Positions 18,451 through 25,494 of a stretch of 64,000 nt of DNA are shown here, one piece after another (position 1 is the first letter of the stretch; each line of letters opens with the position of its first letter). The notes below the pieces were generated by a model. It did no database searches. It had not been told where the DNA came from and saw only the letters and a program-made list of their open reading frames with translations. The translations under genes and the position numbers were made by a program. Origin of the DNA: a bacterium (GTDB lineage: Bacteria > Patescibacteriota > Patescibacteriia > Patescibacteriales > XYC2-FULL-47-12); assembly GCA_030698385.1 (NCBI GenBank), contig JAUYLZ010000022.1, positions 1,301 through 65,300 of the forward strand, given 5' to 3'.

Positions 18451-19203
18451 TTATTGCTCCAAAAAATTTAATATATTACTGCTAACATTTGCCGGCAAAA
18501 CATTAGTGTTAATTTCATTCATCAATTGATTTCTACTGCCTGTTAATTCAACTACCCATTCATTATTGTTTAAATTGGCAACGGTGTAGCTCCCATCATC
18601 AAGGACTTTCATCTGCGTAACAACATCATCTTTGTTCACACTTCTGATATTTAATATCCTATGTGGTACGCCATTTTCCTCAGTTCGACTTAATATAAAT
18701 TGAGCATCGTTTTCAATATTGCGCCTGATATATAACTCTCTTGATTCTACAATACCTATATCTTTCGTTACTGTATTAATATTTCGCAGCTGAAAATTCA
18801 CCAAATCAGGATTAATTGTTAATAGAATAGTATAGGAAAGCAGAACTAAAATCAAGCCCGTCAAAGAGGCTTTTATCCACTCTTTAGCTGAAGACACCCG
18901 TTCCTGGCTCCCCCCGGCAGTCAGCCAGATTATCCCGCCAAACATTAAGACAATAGTCGCAACGATGCCGACTGAGCCAACTCCATACTGATAAATAGCT
19001 CTAACATACTTAGCAATGGTAGAATTATCCACTACTTGCTCTTGCCCCGCTTGAAAATCATTGCCAATGCCAACCGAGGGGGTAAATGTAACCTGCGCTC
19101 CGGCGCTGATCGGCGCGGCAACATAAACAAGCAGAGCCACCAGCTGAATGACAAAAACGGCCATGAAAAATATCAGAACAATTTTTGGTATCTGTTTAAT
19201 CAT
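18451..19203 (-). CDS. TrbC/VirB2-like (T4SS-pilin-like) membrane protein with C-terminal extension
   Basis: Signal/TM segment, then GVGSVGIVATIVLMFGGIIWLTAGGSQERVSSAKEWIKASLTGLILVLLSYTILLTINPDL. This is the two-helix pilin-like pattern common in CPR genomes. An extra ~110-aa tail follows. Confidence 0.5.
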   Translation of the reverse strand: MIKQIPKIVLIFFMAVFVIQLVALLVYVAAPISAGAQVTFTPSVGIGNDFQAGQEQVVDNSTIAKYVRAIYQYGVGSVGIVATIVLMFGGIIWLTAGGSQERVSSAKEWIKASLTGLILVLLSYTILLTINPDLVNFQLRNINTVTKDIGIVESRELYIRRNIENDAQFILSRTEENGVPHRILNIRSVNKDDVVTQMKVLDDGSYTVANLNNNEWVVELTGSRNQLMNEINTNVLPANVSSNILNFLEQ

Positions 19204-19204
19204 C

Positions 19205-19582
19205 TTAAACTCTTTTGTAGCTGATTAAAAAAAACTCCAGCATCGTCAGCCCCAGCACTAAAAAAACCATGTTATACCAAGTCAACAGATCAATTGCTTG
19301 AAGAATTAGTAGCACTACCGCAAGTGACGCGAAGGAAAAAGATTGGCGAAAGGAAATCGCTACGTGGCGAAAAACCAGCTCTTGCCGCAGAGCGATGAAA
19401 CGAATAAAAAATCCGACAATCGCGCTCGTACCGACCAAGGATAAAAATAAACTGACAAAAAACAAAGCAAAACCGATTCTGTTGGTCTCATTCGGATTTA
19501 CACTAGTAATAACTACGGCAAAAGCCGACCAGCAAATAGCGGTCGCCAAAATCATCATTGCTAAATATGTCTTCAAAGTCAT
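19205..19582 (-). CDS. Four-helix integral membrane hypothetical protein
   Basis: 125 aa, four hydrophobic segments. Its stop abuts the start of the pilin-like gene. Confidence 0.45.
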   Translation of the reverse strand: MTLKTYLAMMILATAICWSAFAVVITSVNPNETNRIGFALFFVSLFLSLVGTSAIVGFFIRFIALRQELVFRHVAISFRQSFSFASLAVVLLILQAIDLLTWYNMVFLVLGLTMLEFFLISYKRV

Positions 19583-19700
19583 GTTTAAATTTTAAATTTA
19601 ATAAATATTTAGACAAAAAATTACTAACTATAAACACATCTACATTCTAACAAAATTTGCACTTTTCGACAAGAAATACGATATAATTTCAATAGTTTTT

Positions 19701-19997
19701 TTATGATAAATATTTTAATTTGCTTATTTTTTGACCAGAAACATACTTATTTAATTCCGCGATTATATCATTTTCGCGGTACTTCAACTCCTGCATTACC
19801 AATGATGACTTGCATTCAATTGCCAAAATATTGTTGCTTACATACTTGGCCTCAACATCTTGGGCTAACTCTGCGCCGATCAAAGCCGGCGCTTTTTCAT
19901 TAAAAAATTCCACAAGATGCGTTGCGTCAATTTGCCGGCCGATGCCGGCTCGCTGTACGGATTTATTTAGTAATGATTTTATTGTGTGGAAAGCCAT
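19701..19997 (-). CDS. DUF721/DciA-like protein
   Basis: 98 aa. The pattern ...APALIGAELAQDVEAKYVSNNILAIECKSSLVMQELKYRENDIIAELN resembles the DUF721 core. Confidence 0.45.
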   Translation of the reverse strand: MAFHTIKSLLNKSVQRAGIGRQIDATHLVEFFNEKAPALIGAELAQDVEAKYVSNNILAIECKSSLVMQELKYRENDIIAELNKYVSGQKISKLKYLS

Positions 19998-20005
19998 AAT
20001 ATCTA

Positions 20006-23000
20006 TTATAATTGCCGGAATTCACAAATATCACGAAAGTCGCAAAATTTGCAGAGCTGAGAAGGCTTGGCCGGAAACTCGTTATTTTTTATCGCCGCTT
20101 CAATATTTTTAATCCGGCTGATGATTTTTTCCTTCATATCTATAATTTCATCCGGCGTACCCAAAAAATTTATTTCCGAATTATCATCAAGATAATAAAA
20201 CTGCAAATTTCCTACTTTTCTTTTCATCACTTCCTGCGCGGCCATTTGATAAATCAGGAGCTGTTCTTTGTCTTCGGCGGTAACTTTTCCCGCTTGCTTG
20301 GGCCGGCCGGTTTTGTAATCAACAATATTTATTTCGTCTTTGTCTCCCGCGTCAATTCGATCAACTTTTCCGTACATCGTGTACTCTCCGAGTCTTAGCC
20401 GAAAGCCCTTCTCCAGCAACTCCACTTGCGGCCAGCTGTCTGCGTGTTTGGCATAAAAGTCTTTTAAAATCTGCCTGCCTTTTTTTTGATATTTTATTTT
20501 TTGCTGTTCATCTTCATACCAGTCATCAATCCAATACTCATCGTATAAAGCCAGCAATTCTTTTAAGTTTACTAAATTATTTTTATCTGCTTCGTCTTTC
20601 TTTTTAGATTCAAATAAACTTACTTGCTGTTTTTGGCCGCGCGTAAGCATCAGAGTAAAAAACTGCTGCAGGGTCAAATGCATGGTCTGGCCGAAACTAA
20701 AGGGCGCTTTGCCCTGGCGCGGAATTTTTAGCACATGCGCGAAGCGATACTGATACGGACAATTTTTAAAGGCTTGCAGCTGGGTGAATGAATAAAAAGC
20801 GGGCAATGAATATTGATGCTTAGCAATGGCTTTAGCGGGTTGCTTGGTCAACTCTTTAAACTTTACAGCATTGACTGACAGCGCTTGCTCTTTTATATTA
20901 TCATCAATTAATTCAGCCTCAATTAAAAATCGTGATGGCTTCTTCTTTCTCGCGCCGCCATAATCCGGCGCCCAAGAAAAATAAAGTCCTTTTTTCGCGC
21001 GCGTCATCGCGACATAAAATAAACGCCGCTCTTCTTCCAGATGCGTATCGCCTTGGGGCAAAATTTCTTTGACCAGCGCGTCCGGCAGCGCGATTGGATC
21101 ATGGCGTTCGGTGGTCGGAAAGCGCAGATCAACCATATTAACGATAAAAACATATTTAAACTCAAGTCCTTTGGCACCGTGCACGGTCATAATTTTTATC
21201 ATCTCAGGCCCTGCCTCCGGATCAGTGGCAATGGCGCCATCATTGCCTGACTCCATTTCCAGCTCAATTTCTGCTAAAAAGTTTTTTATGCTTGCTCCGC
21301 CGCTACTAGCGAGTGGGTTATCATTCTCAAACTCCTTTACGCGCTTCATAAAAGCGTTTAATAGTCTGGCGGCATCACGCGCGTCTTGTTCGGGCAGTTT
21401 GCTGACATATTGAAGATACCCACTCTCATTCATAAAGGAAAAAATAATTTCGCTCGCTTTTTTGGTTTTAACCAGAGCGCTTTGCCTTTGGACTATTTCA
21501 ATTAATGATTTTACCTTTTGTCCCACGCCTTTGCCAAAATTCGCGGCAAATTTAGTCGCCTGCCATAATGACCAGGCTTTTTTCTTGGCGCCGTTGAGCA
21601 ATTCCATTATCTCTTCGTGGTCTAAACTAAAAATAGGAATATTCAGCACACGATACATGGCATTGGCTTCATGATAATTATCAAGCAATTTTAAATAGCT
21701 GATAATATCCATAATCACCGGCTGAGAATAAAGACCCTGCGCTGATAAAAAAACATAAGGCAGCCGCGCGATGTCCAGCGCGTTGGTAAATTCTTTGGCG
21801 GAACTATTGGCGCGGACCAAAATCGCAAAGTCGTTCCACGTGCAGTCTTTATCTTTTACTTTTAATTCAGCGATTTTCTCCACCACTTTGTTTACTTCAT
21901 CTTGCAGGTCGTTGCCTTGAATCATTTCAATTGTTCCCGCTTCTTTGTTTTGAGAAATTAATCTTTTGTCAATTGGGTTAGTTATGCGCTGTGCGTTATG
22001 CGCTGCGCGAAGCTGTACCTCTAACCTATTGGGATTGTTCAGCTGGATAAACTCATAAGCAGTATCCAAAATGCTCTGCGCGCTGCGATAATTGTCGGTC
22101 AAAACTACTTCTTGGGAATTTTTATAATCTTTTTTGAACTGTAAGATATTGCTCATAGAAGTTCCCCTGAACCGAAAAATACTTTGATCATCGTCCCCTA
22201 CGACAGTTAAATTTTTTCCCTGTGGAGTCAGCAACTTTACTAACTCATACTGCGCCCAATTCGTGTCCTGAAACTCATCAACTAAAATATATTTAAACTT
22301 TTCCTGAAATTTTTGTAAAACCGCCAGTCGCTCTTTAAAAAGTTTCAGCGTATAATTAATCAAGTCGCCAAAATCAAGCATATTATTATCTAATAATAAT
22401 TGCTGGTAAACATGATAAGCGTTCGCCACCTCATTAATTCGACTAACTTCTTGCTCCAGCACTTCATGGGTTATTTTTCCGTCTAAGTCCAAAACTCCTT
22501 TCAGACGTCCGCGAATTTTATCGGTGGAAGTTTTGCCATCAAGGTTTTGCCGTAGCTCTTCAGCGTATTCCAAATATTCTTTCGCGGTTATGACTTCATC
22601 TTTGGCGCGGGAAAAGTGTTTGAGCATTGCGGAGATAAATTTCGTCGGGTTGCCCAGCGGCCGGTAGTAATCCAGCTCAAACTTGTCTAAATTTTTTTTA
22701 ATCAATGCCCACTGGCCGAATTCGTTCAATAATTTAAAATTAGTCGGCAGGCCAATGTCAAATCCATGTTGCTGTAAAATTTTTTCACAAAAACCATGAA
22801 AAGTCATAATCCACAAATCCACATAGCCATAAGGCAGAAGTTTGTCCGCGCGTTCAGCCATTTCACCGGCCGCTTTTTCGGTAAAAGTCAGCGCCAAAAT
22901 TTCGTCCGGTTTGGCCAATTCTTGCTCAATCAGCCAGCCGATTTTTTGGGTAATCACAGTCGTTTTGCCCGTGCCCGCGCCGGCAATAATGAGCAGAGGA

Positions 23001-23068
23001 CTGCCCGTGTGTTCAACGGCTTTTTTTTGGTTTTTGTTGAGGTTATACATATATACAGTAGTATACAA
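20006..23068 (-). CDS. UvrD/PcrA-type superfamily 1 helicase fused to a C-terminal PD-(D/E)XK (Cas4/AddB-like, Cys-cluster) nuclease
   Basis: LIIAGAGTGKTTV (Walker A), VDEFQDTN, helicase motifs, then FKNCPYQYRF...VDRID...IVDYKTG...CKFCDFRDIC at the C-terminus. Confidence 0.85.
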   Translation of the reverse strand: MYTTVYMYNLNKNQKKAVEHTGSPLLIIAGAGTGKTTVITQKIGWLIEQELAKPDEILALTFTEKAAGEMAERADKLLPYGYVDLWIMTFHGFCEKILQQHGFDIGLPTNFKLLNEFGQWALIKKNLDKFELDYYRPLGNPTKFISAMLKHFSRAKDEVITAKEYLEYAEELRQNLDGKTSTDKIRGRLKGVLDLDGKITHEVLEQEVSRINEVANAYHVYQQLLLDNNMLDFGDLINYTLKLFKERLAVLQKFQEKFKYILVDEFQDTNWAQYELVKLLTPQGKNLTVVGDDDQSIFRFRGTSMSNILQFKKDYKNSQEVVLTDNYRSAQSILDTAYEFIQLNNPNRLEVQLRAAHNAQRITNPIDKRLISQNKEAGTIEMIQGNDLQDEVNKVVEKIAELKVKDKDCTWNDFAILVRANSSAKEFTNALDIARLPYVFLSAQGLYSQPVIMDIISYLKLLDNYHEANAMYRVLNIPIFSLDHEEIMELLNGAKKKAWSLWQATKFAANFGKGVGQKVKSLIEIVQRQSALVKTKKASEIIFSFMNESGYLQYVSKLPEQDARDAARLLNAFMKRVKEFENDNPLASSGGASIKNFLAEIELEMESGNDGAIATDPEAGPEMIKIMTVHGAKGLEFKYVFIVNMVDLRFPTTERHDPIALPDALVKEILPQGDTHLEEERRLFYVAMTRAKKGLYFSWAPDYGGARKKKPSRFLIEAELIDDNIKEQALSVNAVKFKELTKQPAKAIAKHQYSLPAFYSFTQLQAFKNCPYQYRFAHVLKIPRQGKAPFSFGQTMHLTLQQFFTLMLTRGQKQQVSLFESKKKDEADKNNLVNLKELLALYDEYWIDDWYEDEQQKIKYQKKGRQILKDFYAKHADSWPQVELLEKGFRLRLGEYTMYGKVDRIDAGDKDEINIVDYKTGRPKQAGKVTAEDKEQLLIYQMAAQEVMKRKVGNLQFYYLDDNSEINFLGTPDEIIDMKEKIISRIKNIEAAIKNNEFPAKPSQLCKFCDFRDICEFRQL

Positions 23069-23174
23069 TAATTGAGCATAAAAAAAAGCCCGCTCGTTTT
23101 TGATGCCGGCAAAGTTTGATCAACAAGACCCCTTGTGATACGATATAAACGTAATAACTTATCAATAATATACT

Positions 23175-23381
23175 ATGGTTTCTCTTAACATTGCGGTTAA
23201 AACATCAACAAAATCCGCTAAAAAATTAATAATAGAATTAGACGTGAATAAATTTGAAAGAATTGCCGCGAGTTTTGGTTTATTTCGCGATGACTTTATA
23301 GACAGTATTCAGCGGGCGGAGCAAGACTACCGGGCAAGACGATTCAAAAAAATAGCATCGCTTAAAGATTTACGTAACTAA
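23175..23381 (+). CDS. Antitoxin-like protein, paralog of 18145..18372
   Basis: The C-terminal IQRAEQDYRARRFKKIASLKDL parallels IEQARKEYKRGNFIKAKSLADF of the other antitoxin. A toxin remnant follows 7 nt downstream. Confidence 0.5.
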   Translation: MVSLNIAVKTSTKSAKKLIIELDVNKFERIAASFGLFRDDFIDSIQRAEQDYRARRFKKIASLKDLRN

Positions 23382-23387
23382 ATAAGC

Positions 23388-23589
23388 ATGATAACAATTA
23401 TCGTTACTGATGAGTTTAGAAAACGCTATCAACGGTTGCCGGCGCCAATTAAAAAGAAAGCTGAAAAGCAAGAACAATTGTTCCGCCACAATCCATTTCA
23501 CCCGCATTATCTTTCGCTTTATTGACGGCGAAACGGCGCTGTTGCTGACTGTTGGAGAACATAGCTGGATTTATAACCTAAAATTCTAG
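23388..23589 (+). pseudogene. Decayed RelE/ParE toxin (internal deletion plus frameshift)
   Basis: Frame 1 gives MITIIVTDEFRKRYQRLPAPIKKKAEKQEQLFRHNPFHP..stop, which matches the N-terminal half of toxin 17879..18148. A second frame gives IFRFIDGETALLLTVGEHSWIY, which matches the C-terminus (IIFDRIDGGDIFFLSVGKHDIY). The central ~25 codons are missing. Confidence 0.6.
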
Positions 23590-23593
23590 ATGT

Positions 23594-23629
23594 AAAAAAA
23601 CCCCTACGAACATCCTGTTGCGTAGGGGG
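23594..23629 (-). terminator. Rho-independent terminator of the 282-aa orphan gene
   Basis: CCCCTACG-N12-CGTAGGGG. On the minus strand it is followed by T7. Confidence 0.65.
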
Positions 23630-23645
23630 TTTAATGAACACAATA

Positions 23646-24494
23646 TTATTTAATTGGTGATTTGGCTTCCGCCTCATCCACCATTCCTTGCAGATCATTT
23701 CTGATCTGCAAAATCCTCTCGTTAGAGATAAAACGAGCCGCCAATTGACCGGCGGCAATAAATTTTTTCATCATATGCCATTGTTTTGGACAATAGCAAG
23801 GCGAAACGCCTGCTATATCCAAAACACCTCTAACCTTTGATAACGGCCCGCCGACTTTGGCAACGCCGTTAAAAATAGTCATGATGAAAGCCATGATGAA
23901 AGCTCTGGATACAGAGCAAAATTTTTCTTCATCCGCAAAGTTACGTCGGATGAAAAGAGACTGCACCATATCCTCAACGGCCTTAGCCGCCTTGAACGCG
24001 GCCTCCGGGCCACCAGAGGAAAACATCCGGTCAATTTGCCCAGATTCGTATCCGAGCTTGACCAGCTGCCGACGCATGCTGTCAGCAAATTTTTGCTTTT
24101 CCGCCTTTCTTTCGGGACTGTCATAATCCCATTTTTTTCCCTCACGATCATTTTCATCTTTATAAAGATAAAAACAATATGTGGGACACTTAGGACTATT
24201 GTCCCGCCAATAAATACATTCAATGATTATTTCCGACTTGCGGTCGGAGATGAGTTCATTGAATTTCAATCCGGTTACCTCCTCAAATTCTGCAACCGGA
24301 AAATAAAACTCTTCTGGAGATGGGAATTCATTACTCCAGGTACTTTTTTCTTCCCACCTTCCCGCCCGATACACGGACTGGAAAATTTTCCATGCATCTG
24401 GCTTGTTTACCGAATCAAATGGTTCAATAGTGGCTACTACTCCGCCACCATAAAAATTTCCTAATTTGTCAACTGCTTTTTTTGTTATTTTCAT
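23646..24494 (-). CDS. Orphan hypothetical protein (282 aa from ATG 24494; alternative GTG start at 24524)
   Basis: Long ORF with a dedicated consensus promoter, a long leader and a terminator. No recognisable domain. There is a hydrophobic segment AFIMAFIMTIFNGVAKVGG near the C-terminal third. Confidence 0.55.
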   Translation of the reverse strand: MKITKKAVDKLGNFYGGGVVATIEPFDSVNKPDAWKIFQSVYRAGRWEEKSTWSNEFPSPEEFYFPVAEFEEVTGLKFNELISDRKSEIIIECIYWRDNSPKCPTYCFYLYKDENDREGKKWDYDSPERKAEKQKFADSMRRQLVKLGYESGQIDRMFSSGGPEAAFKAAKAVEDMVQSLFIRRNFADEEKFCSVSRAFIMAFIMTIFNGVAKVGGPLSKVRGVLDIAGVSPCYCPKQWHMMKKFIAAGQLAARFISNERILQIRNDLQGMVDEAEAKSPIK

Positions 24495-24657
24495 GAGTTT
24501 TTTGCCAGTGATTCTTCGGCTCACTGACCAGCCGATGGAGTTTAAGCGCTAAAGCGCTTGATAGCCGCTTCAGAGATGATAATGACTCCAAAGCAGCTTC
24601 CAGACGGTTTTAACAGTAAAACCACCTCAAAGCTGCTCGGGAATGCATGTTTTTAAA
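24495..24657 (-). promoter_or_regulatory. Structured 5' leader (candidate cis-regulatory RNA) of the orphan gene
   Basis: Nested stems on the minus strand: AGCAGCUU..[GGUUUUA-cugu-UAAAACC]..AAGCUGCU; GGAGU..[AAGCGC-uuua-GCGCUU]..ACUCC. Two mutually exclusive hairpins (CGGCU..AGCCG versus CAGUGA..UCACUG) lie next to the start codon. Confidence 0.35.
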
Positions 24658-24663
24658 GAGCTT

Positions 24664-24692
24664 ATTATATCATACTTTCAAAATAATGTCAA
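24664..24692 (-). promoter_or_regulatory. Consensus sigma70 promoter TTGACA-17-TATAAT
   Basis: The minus strand reads TTGACAttattttgaaagtatgaTATAAT. Confidence 0.6.
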
Positions 24693-24809
24693 TCAAGAGT
24701 GCTTGGAATAACAAAAATATAGCTAAAATTAGCTATAAAATGATACAAAAAAGTTCAAATTTGGCAAAAGAATAAAACTAACTTTTTGAAAGAAAAAAAA
24801 CAAAAAAAT

Positions 24810-24838
24810 TTGACAAAAATAAATATATCTATTAAGAT
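24810..24838 (+). promoter_or_regulatory. Promoter-like TTGACA-17-TAAGAT upstream of the nfeD-flotillin operon
   Basis: Hexamers read directly from the sequence. A strong SD (AGGAGGTGA) precedes ATG 24911. Confidence 0.4.
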
Positions 24839-24910
24839 GTGTTGATTTAGCAAAAATGCTAAATAACGCACATTACACAATTTTTTTTAAAATAAAGGAG
24901 GTGAAAGGAA

Positions 24911-25438
24911 ATGATAATTACCTTTCTGTCAATTGCTTTAGGCGGTTTCGTGGTTTTGATGTTCACTTTGGCCTTTGGCGGCGACCATGATGTCGACCAC
25001 GACTTTGATCATGATTTTGATTCTGACGGAGATCACGGCAGCATTGGCGCCCATTGGTTTAGCGTGAAGGTGCTGTCTGCTTTTGCGACGGCGTTCGGCG
25101 CGACCGGGGTCATCACCTGCGTCTATAACTTTTCCGATTTTTGGAAGCTGGTTATCTCTACCGGAGTCGGCATTGTTATCGCCGCTATTGTTGACGCGGC
25201 CGTATCAATGCTCTACAAACAGCAGACGACCACCATCATTCGGACAAACGAATGTGTGGGAAAAACCGGAACGGTAACGCTGGGGATTTTAGCTAACGGC
25301 ACCGGCGAGGTCAGAATAGAGCTGGAAGGAATGGCCATTAACAAACCGGCTCGCAGCCAAAGCGGCGAGGAAATAAAACAGGGAGAGGAGGTTGAAGTTT
25401 TGTCAGGAGGCTCACCGCTGATAGTAAAAAAATCCTAA
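24911..25438 (+). CDS. NfeD/YqiJ-like membrane protein
   Basis: N-terminal TM helix, a His/Asp-rich loop GGDHDVDHDFDHDFDSDGDHG, further TM helices and a C-terminal OB-like segment (GKTGTVTLGILANGTGEVRIELEG...EVEVLS). It lies immediately upstream of a flotillin gene. Confidence 0.7.
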   Translation: MIITFLSIALGGFVVLMFTLAFGGDHDVDHDFDHDFDSDGDHGSIGAHWFSVKVLSAFATAFGATGVITCVYNFSDFWKLVISTGVGIVIAAIVDAAVSMLYKQQTTTIIRTNECVGKTGTVTLGILANGTGEVRIELEGMAINKPARSQSGEEIKQGEEVEVLSGGSPLIVKKS

Positions 25439-25494
25439 TAACAATATTAGGTAAACTCAAAAAACGGAAAAATATCTGAAAAAGGAGAACAAAC

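Noticed and set aside
24495-24657. Leader RNA considered as a preQ1-I riboswitch (hairpin followed by AAAAAACU) or as SRP RNA (GGUCAG...GAAG).
   Set aside because: The loop lacks the nucleotides needed to pair with the tail for a preQ1 pseudoknot, and the gene context is unrelated to queuosine. The SRP helix-8 motifs (GGAA tetraloop, AGCA loops) are absent. It is kept only as an unclassified structured leader.
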